DNA of 64,000 nt from an uncultured bacterium (GTDB lineage: Bacteria > Pseudomonadota > Gammaproteobacteria > Burkholderiales > SG8-39). The stretch lies in contig CBDDSA010000199.1 of assembly GCA_965233185.1 (NCBI GenBank), forward strand, positions 595-64,594. The letters are read 5' to 3'. Below, one piece after another: positions 43,334-52,280 of the stretch. The notes under the pieces were generated by a model that saw only the letters and a list, made by a program, of their open reading frames with translations, was not told the DNA's origin and ran no database searches. Numbering within the stretch: the stretch's first letter is position 1; each line of letters starts with the position of its first letter. Made by a program: the position numbers and the translations under genes.

Positions 43334-43983
43334 TGAAAAAGCTCGATCGCAAGCAGATGGCGGCGCGCGTCGCGCGCGACATCCCGGAAGGCGCTTACGT
43401 GAACCTGGGCATCGGTTTGCCCACGCTGGTGGCCGACTACCTGCCCAAGGGCCGCGAGATCATCCTGCACAGCGAAAACGGCATCCTCGGGCTGGGCCCC
43501 AAGCCGCCGCTGGCCGACATCGATGAGGACGTCATCAATGCCGGCAAGGAGCCGGCAACGCTGCTCACCGGCGGATGCTATTTCCACCATGCAGACTCGT
43601 TCGCCATGATCCGGGGACGGCATCTGGACTTTGCCGTCCTGGGCGCCTTTCAGGTCTCGGTGGCGGGCGACCTGGCGAACTGGCATACGGGCGGCGCGGA
43701 TGCCATCCCGGCGGTGGGCGGCGCCATGGACCTCGCGGTCGGGGCGAAGAAGGTGCTCGTCATGATGGAGCACCTGACCAAGGACGGAAAAAGCAAGATC
43801 GTGGAGCGCTGCTCCTACCCGCTCACGGGAGCTCGCTGCGTCGACCGCATCTATACGGACCTGGCCGTGATCGACGTGAAGCCCGACGGGCTTCACGTCG
43901 TGGAAGCGGTCGACGGCCTGGATTTCGACGAGCTGCAGAGGCTAACCGGCGTGCCGTTGAAGCGCCTGGCTACTGCGGCTTGA
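43333..43983 (+). CDS. 3-oxoacid CoA-transferase subunit B
   Basis: 216 aa, ...YVNLGIGLPTLVA...HSENGILG...AVGGAMDL.... The catalytic Glu lies in the SENG context. Confidence 0.92.
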   Translation: MKKLDRKQMAARVARDIPEGAYVNLGIGLPTLVADYLPKGREIILHSENGILGLGPKPPLADIDEDVINAGKEPATLLTGGCYFHHADSFAMIRGRHLDFAVLGAFQVSVAGDLANWHTGGADAIPAVGGAMDLAVGAKKVLVMMEHLTKDGKSKIVERCSYPLTGARCVDRIYTDLAVIDVKPDGLHVVEAVDGLDFDELQRLTGVPLKRLATAA

Positions 43984-44932
43984 TTCCCGCCGCTTTCATC
44001 ACTTTGGCCGTGTCGTCCAGTTCCTTGCGCACGAACTCCGAGAACTGCTGGGTCGACATGTCCATCGGCACCGTGCCCAGCTTGGTGAGCCGGTCCTTCA
44101 GGTCCGGGCTGTTGAGCGCCTTGCGTACGTCCGCGTTGATCTTGTTCGCCAGCTCGCCGGGCATGCCGGCGGGACCCCATAGCCCCACCCACAGGGTGTA
44201 GTCGAAGCCGGGCACGCCCGATTCGGCGATGGTCGGAACATTGGGCAGCAGCGGCGAGCGCTGCGCGCTGGACACGGCAAGCGCGAGCGCCTTGCCTCCG
44301 CCGACGTGCGGCAGGGCTGCATTGATCGGCGCAAAGTAGCAGCACACGCGACCGGCGATCGTGTCGCTGATCGCCTCGGGGGTTCCCTTGTACGGAACGT
44401 GCGTGACGTCGATGCCGGCCATCAGCTTGAGCTTTTCCAGGTTGAAATGCGTGCCGCTGCCGATGCCCGCGGACGAGAAGTTGAGCGTGCCCGGCTTGGC
44501 CTTCGCGGCCGCAACGAAGTCGCCGAACGTTTTCCAGCCCGCTCCCTGACCGACGATGAGGACGTTAGGGCCGCCGGCGAGCGGCGACAGGTTGGTGAAG
44601 TCCTTGAGCGTGTCGTACGGCATCTTGGCGTAGATCGAGGGATTCGACACGTGCGCCGACGAATTGGCGAGCAGCGTATAGCCGTCGGGCGCAGCGCGCG
44701 CCACCACCGCGGAGCCTATGGTCCCGCCCGCGCCGACCCGGTTTTCGGCAACGACCTGCTGGCCCCAGATTTCCGAGAGCTTCGCCGCCACCGCGCGGCC
44801 GATGATGTCGGTCGAGCTGCCCGGCGTGAACGAGATGACCAGATGCACCGGCTTGGCCGGGTAGCCCTGCGCGAACGCCTGGAAGGCGCAGGCCGCCAGC
44901 ATGGCCGCACCGACGTTGATCCAACGCTTCAT
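43970..44932 (-). CDS. Bug family (TctC-like) tripartite tricarboxylate transporter substrate-binding protein
   Basis: 320 aa. It has a signal peptide, then YPAKPVHLVISFTPGSSTDIIGR...ENRVGAGGTIG.... A strong SD (AAGGAGGAGG) precedes it. Confidence 0.9.
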   Translation of the reverse strand: MKRWINVGAAMLAACAFQAFAQGYPAKPVHLVISFTPGSSTDIIGRAVAAKLSEIWGQQVVAENRVGAGGTIGSAVVARAAPDGYTLLANSSAHVSNPSIYAKMPYDTLKDFTNLSPLAGGPNVLIVGQGAGWKTFGDFVAAAKAKPGTLNFSSAGIGSGTHFNLEKLKLMAGIDVTHVPYKGTPEAISDTIAGRVCCYFAPINAALPHVGGGKALALAVSSAQRSPLLPNVPTIAESGVPGFDYTLWVGLWGPAGMPGELANKINADVRKALNSPDLKDRLTKLGTVPMDMSTQQFSEFVRKELDDTAKVMKAAGIKPQ

Positions 44933-44966
44933 TTGTGCCTCCTCCTTGGAAGAAAAGCAGTCTATC

Positions 44967-46073
44967 TCAAGCCTGTCCCATGCGAAGCACCGGCTTCACC
45001 GCATGACCGGCCGCGGCTGCGGCCATCGCGAGGTTGACGTCGGCCAAGTCGTAAAAGCGGATAAGGCGCTCCACCGGCAAGCGGCCGGCGCGCCAGAGCT
45101 CGAACAGCCGGGGGAAAAAAACCTGCGGCGGCGCGTCGCCCTGGATGCAGCCGCGCAGCGTGCGGCCGTGCTGCAACTGCGCCATCTCCAGCGATGCGTC
45201 GACGCCTTGGCGCGCGCTGCCGACAAGCACGCAGACACCGAGCGGCGCAAGACATTCGACCGCCTGGCGCAGGGCGAGCGGATTCCCGGCCGCCTCGACC
45301 GATGCTTCGGCCCCGGCGCCTCCCGTGGCCGCCCGAATCGCGGCGACCGGATCCGCGGTAGCGGCGTTGCAGACATGCGTTGCGCCGAGCCCGCCTGCGA
45401 GCGCCAGGCGGCTCTCGTGCAGATCGACCGCCACGATCACGCGGCAGCCGGCGAGGCGCGCCGCCATGACGGCGGCAAGGCCGACGGTGCCGGCGCCGAA
45501 TACGGCGATCGCGCTGCCGGCGGCCGGCCGCAGCGCGTTGAGTACGGCGCCGACGCCTGTGTTGAGGCCGCACGCAAAGGCCGCCGCCTGCTCGAGCGGC
45601 AGCTCGTCCGGCACCTTCACGACGTTGCCCTGCGTGGCAAGCGCATGGCTCGCGAACGCGGACTGCTGGAAAAAGGCGCCGTGAACCGGCTCGCCGTTGC
45701 GGTGAAACGGGACACGCCCGTCGCGCAGGCGGCCACCGAACTTGATGCGGCGGGCGCTGGCGCAATAGCCCGGTAGCCCGAGCGTGCAGGCCTTGCAGGC
45801 ACCGCATGACGGCGACACCATCAGCACGCGCTCGCCTGCCGAGAAGCCGGTTACGTCCTTTCCCAGCCGCTCGACGATGCCTGCGCCTTCGTGGCCAAAC
45901 ACGCACGGGAACGGAATGCCGAAATAGTCGTCCCGCCCGTGCGCGTCGGTCTGGCAAACGCCGCAGGCCGCGACGCGCACCACGAGCTCGTCCGGCCCGG
46001 GATCGGCCAGCTCCAATGTCTCCAGGCGGAAAGGCGCGCCCTTCTCAGGAGCCAGCGCCGCCGTGACCTGCAC
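44967..46073 (-). CDS. Zn-dependent alcohol dehydrogenase (aryl-alcohol dehydrogenase-like, MDR family)
   Basis: 368 aa with GVCQTDAH, GHEGAGIVE, the structural-zinc cysteines CGACKAC...C, and the Rossmann motif VFGAGTVGL. Confidence 0.88.
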   Translation of the reverse strand: MQVTAALAPEKGAPFRLETLELADPGPDELVVRVAACGVCQTDAHGRDDYFGIPFPCVFGHEGAGIVERLGKDVTGFSAGERVLMVSPSCGACKACTLGLPGYCASARRIKFGGRLRDGRVPFHRNGEPVHGAFFQQSAFASHALATQGNVVKVPDELPLEQAAAFACGLNTGVGAVLNALRPAAGSAIAVFGAGTVGLAAVMAARLAGCRVIVAVDLHESRLALAGGLGATHVCNAATADPVAAIRAATGGAGAEASVEAAGNPLALRQAVECLAPLGVCVLVGSARQGVDASLEMAQLQHGRTLRGCIQGDAPPQVFFPRLFELWRAGRLPVERLIRFYDLADVNLAMAAAAAGHAVKPVLRMGQA

Positions 46074-46704
46074 GGTTCTTTGCCCAGTAATCGGCGGCGG
46101 CTTTGGAGCGCGCGAGCGCTTCGGCGCTCTCGAAGCCCGGCGCCATTGAAGCGGAGGTGCCGGCGAGCACCTGGTGGTGATCTATGTTGAGCAGGCGCAG
46201 CCAGCTCTGCTGGCCCATGGTGAGGGCGATGAAGCAGCCGAGCTCCACGAGCTCGGGCTCGCTGAAATGACGGTGCAGCCGCGCCCAGAAGGCGTCGTCC
46301 GTTTCCAGGTGCCAGGTGATGGCCTCGGCATAGGCAAGGGCGGCTTTTTGCCGGTCGCAGTAGCGTGACGATTTCTCGAAATTGAGCAGATCCTTCACGT
46401 CGTCCTCGAGCATTCCCGCGCCCGCCGCCTTCACCGAGCGCTGGTTGCCGCAGTAGTCGCATTGCACCGAACGCGACACGTACAGCCGGCACAGCTCCTT
46501 GGTGGGGTGATCGCAGACGCCGTTCCTGAAAAGGTCGCGCCACGAGGTGGCGAACGACCAGAACGCCGCGGGCACGTGCGCCCGCACTGCCGAGCTCTCC
46601 GGACGCGGCGTCCCTTCGCGCCGGCAACGATCCATCTCCTTTTGCATCTCGGCGTCCATCTGGTCCAGCGGAAAGTAGCTGATGCGTTGCTTAGGCGAGC
46701 CCAT
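46045..46704 (-). CDS. Carboxymuconolactone decarboxylase / AhpD-like family protein
   Basis: 219 aa with the CxxC core VQCDYCGNQR in an all-helical context. The 3' end overlaps the ADH start by 29 nt. Confidence 0.7.
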   Translation of the reverse strand: MGSPKQRISYFPLDQMDAEMQKEMDRCRREGTPRPESSAVRAHVPAAFWSFATSWRDLFRNGVCDHPTKELCRLYVSRSVQCDYCGNQRSVKAAGAGMLEDDVKDLLNFEKSSRYCDRQKAALAYAEAITWHLETDDAFWARLHRHFSEPELVELGCFIALTMGQQSWLRLLNIDHHQVLAGTSASMAPGFESAEALARSKAAADYWAKNRAGHGGAGS

Positions 46705-47593
46705 CTCCCACCTCCACGTTCTCCGGCTTCAGGTCGATTCCCGAAGCCTTGGCCTGCATCATGACGAGGGTTGCGAAATCCTGCTCGCTCAGGCCATGGC
46801 CGATCATCTGCTGCAGCAGATCGCGGGTCAGCGAAGCGAGCGGCATGGGCACCTCGAGCTCGCGGCCGGCATCCAGGCCGAGGTCGAGATCCTTGCGCAG
46901 CAGGTGCGGCGTAAACGTGACCTTGAAATCGAGATTCACCAGCGCGGGCGTCTTGTAACGCGTGAACATCGAGCCCATCACGCTCTTGTTGAGGAAATCG
47001 AGGAAGGCGTGGCGCGGCATGCCGGCCTTCTGCGCGAGGACGGTGATCTCGCTCAGGCACTGGATGACCACGCCGAGCATCACGTTGTGGCAGATCTTCG
47101 CGATGCGCGCGAGCTCTCCCTCGCCGACGTAGCTGGAGCCGCTGCCCATCATGTCCAGATAGGGCTTGGCGGCGTCGTAGGCCGCCCTGGGCCCCGACAC
47201 GACGAAGGTGAGCTTGCCTGCCTTGATCACTTTCGCGTTGCCGCTCACCGGCGCGGCCAGGTACTCGACTCTGTGCCTGGAAAGAATTTCGCGCAGCTGC
47301 GCCGAGCCCTCGAGGGAGATGGACGAGCATTCGACGACCATGCTGGGCTTCGCCGGCCCGGACAGCAGCCTGCCGATCACTTCCTTCACGTCGTCCCACG
47401 TCGACACCATGCAGAAGACAATGTCTTTTTCAGCCAGCTCGGCGAGCGAATCGGCCACCTTCGCGCCGTAGGCTTTCAAGGGATCGGCCTTCGTTCGGGT
47501 GCGGTTCCAGGCGGTGATGTCGCAGCCGCCCTTGGCGAGGCGCGCGGCCATCTCGTAGCCCATGCGCCCGGTGCCGATCCAGCCCAGCCGCAT
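46691..47593 (-). CDS. NAD(P)-dependent oxidoreductase, 3-hydroxyisobutyrate/6-phosphogluconate dehydrogenase-like
   Basis: ATG at 47593 (MRLGWIGTGRMGYEMAARL...). It has an NAD_binding_2-type Rossmann fold and a helical C-terminal domain. Confidence 0.85.
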   Translation of the reverse strand: MRLGWIGTGRMGYEMAARLAKGGCDITAWNRTRTKADPLKAYGAKVADSLAELAEKDIVFCMVSTWDDVKEVIGRLLSGPAKPSMVVECSSISLEGSAQLREILSRHRVEYLAAPVSGNAKVIKAGKLTFVVSGPRAAYDAAKPYLDMMGSGSSYVGEGELARIAKICHNVMLGVVIQCLSEITVLAQKAGMPRHAFLDFLNKSVMGSMFTRYKTPALVNLDFKVTFTPHLLRKDLDLGLDAGRELEVPMPLASLTRDLLQQMIGHGLSEQDFATLVMMQAKASGIDLKPENVEVGDGLA

Positions 47594-47600
47594 TTTTTTC

Positions 47601-48911
47601 TCAGTAGGGATTGGCAATCGGCAGCTCCTCAGCGGGGTACAGCGAAATGATCTTGGCACCGCCCGGCGTAAGGATGACTTCCTCCTCGATGCGCGCCGCC
47701 GAGATGCCGTCGCTTGCCGGGCAGTAGGTCTCGACCGCGAACACCATGCCGGCTTTGAGCTCGATCGGCTCGCGCAGCGACGTCAGGCGCGAAATGAGCG
47801 GCCGCTCGTGCAGCCCGAGGCCCAGCCCATGGCAGAAATTCAGGCCGAAGGCGTCCATTTCGCTGGCGAAGCCGATCTCCTTGGCTTGCGGGAAGGCGAG
47901 CGCGATCTTGTCGCTCGACATGCCGGGCTTGAGCAGCTCGATCGCCCGGTCCATCCATTCGCGCGCTTTGCGGTACGCGGTGCGCTGCGCGGAGGTCGCA
48001 CGGCCGACGCTGAAGGTGCGGTAGTAGCAGGTGCGATAGCCCATGAAGGACTGGATGACGTCGAAGAACGCCTGGTCGCCCGGGCGAATCAGCCGGTCGG
48101 TGAAGTTGTGCGGGTGCGGCGAGCAGCGCTCGCCCGAGATGGAGTTGATGGCCTCGACGCAATCCGAGCCCATTTCATAAAGGCGCTTGGTGGCGAGCGC
48201 CACGATCTGCGATTCCTGGATGCCCGGCTTGAGCGCCTCGGCGATGTCGTGGTAGACGCCGTCCACCATTGCCGCGGCCATGTTGAGCAGCGTGAGCTCG
48301 TCGATGTTCTTGACTTCGCGCGCCTGGAGCATCACCTGCTGGCCGTCCGCGACCTTGACGCCGGCGCGCTGCAGCTCGAACAGCATCGGCGGCTCGACCA
48401 CGTCGATTCCCACGGGCATGTCTCCCACGCCCTCCTCGTCCAGGATGGACTGGATCTCCCGGGCGGCATCGCGAAACAGGCTGAGGTCGCCGCCGGTCGC
48501 GCCGCGCAGGCCGAGCAGGCCGGCGCGGCAATGATTCTCGTGCAGCCACGGCGCGTGCAGCTTGTGGTGGCGCGCGGCGCTGCCGAAATCCCAGATGTAG
48601 GGGTCGCCGTTGCCCGTCAGCAACGAATAGCGCGTGAGCTTGTCGCGCGCCCATTCACCGATGACCGTGCTGGTGGTGTAGCGGATGTTGTGCTGATCGA
48701 ATGACAGCAGCGCGCCCAGCCCGGAGCCCGACAGCGCGGCGCGCACGCGGGCCAGCCGATAGTCGTGCAGCCGGCGGAAATCGATGCGCTCCTCGAAGTC
48801 GACCTGCGTGCGTCCGGGGGCCTGCAGCGGCCGGTCCCAGCGGTGCTTCGGGTCGACGTCGTCCGGCCGGATGATCTTCGGCTCCGGATGCTGCCTGCCT
48901 TTCGCCATCAC
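47601..48911 (-). CDS. M24 (creatinase/prolidase fold) family protein with an atypical metal site
   Basis: 436 aa with pita-bread motifs FFDVIQSFMGYRTCYYRTF, HGLGLGLHE, FAVETY and RIEEEV. The second Asp ligand position reads Cys. Confidence 0.8.
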   Translation of the reverse strand: MMAKGRQHPEPKIIRPDDVDPKHRWDRPLQAPGRTQVDFEERIDFRRLHDYRLARVRAALSGSGLGALLSFDQHNIRYTTSTVIGEWARDKLTRYSLLTGNGDPYIWDFGSAARHHKLHAPWLHENHCRAGLLGLRGATGGDLSLFRDAAREIQSILDEEGVGDMPVGIDVVEPPMLFELQRAGVKVADGQQVMLQAREVKNIDELTLLNMAAAMVDGVYHDIAEALKPGIQESQIVALATKRLYEMGSDCVEAINSISGERCSPHPHNFTDRLIRPGDQAFFDVIQSFMGYRTCYYRTFSVGRATSAQRTAYRKAREWMDRAIELLKPGMSSDKIALAFPQAKEIGFASEMDAFGLNFCHGLGLGLHERPLISRLTSLREPIELKAGMVFAVETYCPASDGISAARIEEEVILTPGGAKIISLYPAEELPIANPY

Positions 48912-48931
48912 TCCTCCTGGAGCCGGCGATT

Positions 48932-49516
48932 CTATCCGGAGATGAGTTCGATGCGGCGGCGCACACGCGCCGCAGTTTCGCCATCGCCCGCATCTTCGGC
49001 GCGTTTTGCCTGCACGCCGAGCCAGGCGAGCAGTGGCCGCCGCCAGCCCTGCGCCGAGGCGATGTCCACGGCGGTGGAAATGGAGGAAGGCGTGATCCCG
49101 CCTTTCCTCAACGCCACGGCGTGCGCAACCAGGCGCGACAGGGGCTCGGCGCCCGACCTCGCGTTGCCCCTTCCCGCCAAATATGCCGCATAGGCAACCT
49201 CATCGGGCCCCGCCTCCTCACGCAGCCGCTCGAAGCCGGGACACTCGTCGAACTCCAGGCTCGCAGCCCGTACGGCGCAGCGCACGAGCTCGGCGCGTGC
49301 CACCAGGTCTGCCCTTCCGGTGCGCGCAAGCTCGCTGCGTGCCAGCCGGAACTCGCTGTCCGCGGCGGCAGTATTCCCGGCGAAATAGAGGCGCTGGAAC
49401 GCGGCCAGAGCCTGCGCGGCGTTCGCCTGCCAGTCGGGCGCCTGCGGCCCGCCGGCGCACCCCGCCAGCAGGGCGATCACGGCAAGCGGATTTCGGAGTC
49501 GCGCTGGAAAGGCCAT
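48932..49516 (-). CDS. Lipoprotein of unknown family
   Basis: ATG at 49516. The lipobox signal peptide is MAFPARLRNPLAVIALLAGCAG. The body is Ala/Arg-rich and predicted helical. It overlaps the mlaD-like 3' end by 40 nt. Confidence 0.65.
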   Translation of the reverse strand: MAFPARLRNPLAVIALLAGCAGGPQAPDWQANAAQALAAFQRLYFAGNTAAADSEFRLARSELARTGRADLVARAELVRCAVRAASLEFDECPGFERLREEAGPDEVAYAAYLAGRGNARSGAEPLSRLVAHAVALRKGGITPSSISTAVDIASAQGWRRPLLAWLGVQAKRAEDAGDGETAARVRRRIELISG

Positions 49517-50418
49517 TTTCGGTTGATCTCGTCGATGAGGCCGGAGACCTTGCGCAGGCTCGCATCCACTTCGGCGCGCAGCTGCCCGAGGTCCTGGGTG
49601 GCCGCCTTGGCGTTGCCGCTCACCGCTTGCGCGTCGGCAAGGATGCGGTCGACGCGCTTCAGGCTCTCGCGCAGCTCGCCCAGGATGGCGTTCGCCTGCT
49701 CGACGGCGCGCTGCGTGCCCTCGGCCACGCCGCCGGCGCCGAACATGCGCTGATCCGTCTTGGCCACCACGCCGTCCATGCGCCGGGACAGGCCCCCCAG
49801 GGAGACGAGCAGGGCATTCGCGCGGTCGAGCACCGCGCCGACCTTGCCAGCGTCTTCCTTGCTGCCGAACTGCTCGGTGAGGGCGCGTAGGCTGTCCAGG
49901 CTCGCCTGCAGGATGCCCCCCGGGCCGGTCACCTGCTCCACGTTCTCCAGCACGCTGCGCAGCGTCGCCACCATGCGGGGAATCTCTTCCTGGGTGTCGC
50001 CGCGCAGCACGGTGCGCTCGGCACCGTCCGGCAGCGGATCGTCCTGCAGATTGGCGGTGAAGGCGCGGATGCGCGCGCCGCCGACGATGCCCCGCTCCAG
50101 GGTAAAGATGCTCGAGCTGCGCAGCCAGCGCGCGTCCTTGCGCGGGATGTCGATCTCGATGCGCGCGCGGCCGTCGTCGCCGAGCGCGATGCGCTGCACG
50201 CGGCCGATCGGGAACCCGGAGAAAGTGAGGTCCATGCCGATGCTCACCCCTTCGGCGTTGTCGGCCACCAGGGTCAGGCGCTGCGTCGCCTCGAACACAC
50301 CGCGCGCGTACAACGCATAAATCAGGAAGCCCGCCGCGACCATGATGGTGAGGCCGAGCAGCAGGCCGACGCGAAACTGCAAATTCTTCGGTACCCGGGT
50401 GAAGCCTTCGCGGTCCAT
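49477..50418 (-). CDS. MlaD/MCE family protein
   Basis: 313 aa. It has an N-terminal TM segment (FRVGLLLGLTIMVAAGFLIYALY), an MCE domain (...VSIGMDLTFSGFPIGRVQRI...) and a long helical C-terminus. The start directly abuts the mlaE-like stop. Confidence 0.85.
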   Translation of the reverse strand: MDREGFTRVPKNLQFRVGLLLGLTIMVAAGFLIYALYARGVFEATQRLTLVADNAEGVSIGMDLTFSGFPIGRVQRIALGDDGRARIEIDIPRKDARWLRSSSIFTLERGIVGGARIRAFTANLQDDPLPDGAERTVLRGDTQEEIPRMVATLRSVLENVEQVTGPGGILQASLDSLRALTEQFGSKEDAGKVGAVLDRANALLVSLGGLSRRMDGVVAKTDQRMFGAGGVAEGTQRAVEQANAILGELRESLKRVDRILADAQAVSGNAKAATQDLGQLRAEVDASLRKVSGLIDEINRKWPFQRDSEIRLP

Positions 50419-51168
50419 TCAGACGTACTTTACAGCGAGGTTCACCAGCTCGATCGCGGCGAGCGCCACGAACAGGCGCACCATGCCTCCCATCACCGCC
50501 ACCGGCACCGAGTGCGGGTCCTTGGTCGCCTCCAGGCCGGCAGCGATGGGGATTACCGCCACCACCACGCCGAAAGCCACGCATTTGGCCAGGAAGCCGC
50601 CCAGCTCTGCGGGACCGAACACCAGCGCTACGGTGCGCGTGTAGTCGGCGAAGCCCCAGGGCGAAGCGCCGTACATCACCGCGTAGGCGATGAGGATCAC
50701 CACAAAGCAGCTCACCACGGTAAGCGTGAACACCGAGATCGCCGCAGCCGCGATGCGCGGCACGAACTCGCGCTCGTAAGGGTCGATGTTGGCGCTGCGC
50801 AGCTCGTCGAGCTCGCCGTTATTGGCCATCACGGCCACTTCCGTCACGATCGCCGCCCCCGAGCGAAGCGCCACGTACAGCGCCGTAAGGAGCGGCACCA
50901 GCTCGAGCACTACCACGCGCAAGGCGAGCTCCAGCGCAAACTGCGCCAAGTTGTACTCGCGCGCCAGGCTGACGGTGATCTGGATCACTACCCAGCTCAG
51001 CAGCGCGGTGAACAGGGTAAAGCCAGGCAGCACCTGCCAGGCGGCGAAGTACACCTGGCGCATGGCGAGGGAGCGCGTGCGCGCGGTGTAGGCGGAGAAC
51101 GATGACGCCGCCGCGGCTGCCGTAAAGGCGAACAGCAGGGTGCGTCCCCACGCCCTGACCCAGCTCAT
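50419..51168 (-). CDS. MlaE family ABC-transporter permease
   Basis: 249 aa. It aligns by eye to E. coli MlaE (...[25 protein letters not shown]...[21 protein letters not shown]...). The ATG overlaps the Ldh_2 stop (ATGA). Confidence 0.85.
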   Translation of the reverse strand: MSWVRAWGRTLLFAFTAAAAASSFSAYTARTRSLAMRQVYFAAWQVLPGFTLFTALLSWVVIQITVSLAREYNLAQFALELALRVVVLELVPLLTALYVALRSGAAIVTEVAVMANNGELDELRSANIDPYEREFVPRIAAAAISVFTLTVVSCFVVILIAYAVMYGASPWGFADYTRTVALVFGPAELGGFLAKCVAFGVVVAVIPIAAGLEATKDPHSVPVAVMGGMVRLFVALAAIELVNLAVKYV

Positions 51169-52238
51169 CTTCCTTCGGCGAGCTTCTGCAGCGTTTGCTT
51201 GTCCAGCGCGAGCTTCGATCCGGCGGCCTGGATCTCGGCCCAGGTCGTCTCGTCGACCGGGATGCCTTCCTTTTCGCGTCGCGCGCGCGTCTCGCGCTCG
51301 GGCTCGCCGGCGATGCGCACCTGGTCGAAGCCCGGGCCCACCGCCGACTTTCGCAGCCAGTCCAGGAACTGCCGCGACTCCGCGGCGAACCGCTCGGCGG
51401 TGCCCAGCCTCGCCGGATCGATAATGACGGCGAGCATGCCGTTCAGGACGCGCTGCTTGCGGCTTTCGTCGTAATGCCAGGTGCCGCCGCCGCTGAGCGC
51501 GCCGCCGAGCAGCTCGCAGGCGAGCGCGACGCCGTAGCCCTTATGTCCCCCGAAGGGCAGGATGGCGCCCAGGGGCGGTACCACCGCGTAGCGCGGATCA
51601 TCGGTCAAATTGCCGCGCTCGTCGATGAGCAGGCCGGGCGCCACCTTCTCGCGCTTGTTGTGCGCGACGCGCATCTTTCCCTGCGCCACGGCGCTGGTGG
51701 CCATGTCGAGCAGGAACGGCGGCTCGCCGGGCAACGGAATGCCGACGCACATGGGGTTGGTGCCGAAGCGCGCGTCCGCCCCGCCGTGGGCCGCCACGCG
51801 CGCATGCGAGATGACGTTTACGAAGTGGATCGACACCAGTCCCTGCGCCACCGCCATCTCGGCCCAGTGGCCGATGCGCCCGAGGTGATGCGAGTTCGCG
51901 AGCGTCATGACGCAGCTGCCGTGGTGCCGCGCGCGCTCGATGGCGAGCTCCATGGCTTCCAGGCCGATGACCTGGCCGTAGCCCTGGCAGCCGTCCAGCG
52001 CGAGCAGCGTTCCCACATCCAAGTTGACCGCGGGATGCCGGTTCGCCGAAAGCCCGCCTTCGAGCAGCGCCGCTACGTAGCGGGGGATCATCCCCACGCC
52101 GTGCGAATCGTGGCCGAGAAGGTTCGCCATGACGAGGTTGTCGGCCACCAGGCGCGCTTCGCGCGGCTCGCTGCCGCCGGCGGCGACCACCGCTTCGATC
52201 GCCCGGGTGAGGGGTTGCGCGTGGAAAACGAGGCTCAT
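51165..52238 (-). CDS. Ldh_2 family (malate/L-lactate/ureidoglycolate-type) NAD(P)H oxidoreductase
   Basis: 357 aa with ...[15 protein letters not shown]..., [10 protein letters not shown] and [11 protein letters not shown], the Ldh_2 hallmarks. Confidence 0.88.
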   Translation of the reverse strand: MSLVFHAQPLTRAIEAVVAAGGSEPREARLVADNLVMANLLGHDSHGVGMIPRYVAALLEGGLSANRHPAVNLDVGTLLALDGCQGYGQVIGLEAMELAIERARHHGSCVMTLANSHHLGRIGHWAEMAVAQGLVSIHFVNVISHARVAAHGGADARFGTNPMCVGIPLPGEPPFLLDMATSAVAQGKMRVAHNKREKVAPGLLIDERGNLTDDPRYAVVPPLGAILPFGGHKGYGVALACELLGGALSGGGTWHYDESRKQRVLNGMLAVIIDPARLGTAERFAAESRQFLDWLRKSAVGPGFDQVRIAGEPERETRARREKEGIPVDETTWAEIQAAGSKLALDKQTLQKLAEGR

Positions 52239-52280
52239 CGGTGGGGCGTGAGTGTACTTGATCTAGAATCCCGGTCTCCC

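Noticed and set aside
47601-48911. The idea that the M24 protein is a DMSP lyase (DddP) or ectoine hydrolase (DoeA).
   Set aside because: - Only the generic pita-bread motifs match.
- By-eye comparison with what I recall of DddP shows no specific similarity.
- This cannot be decided without a search.
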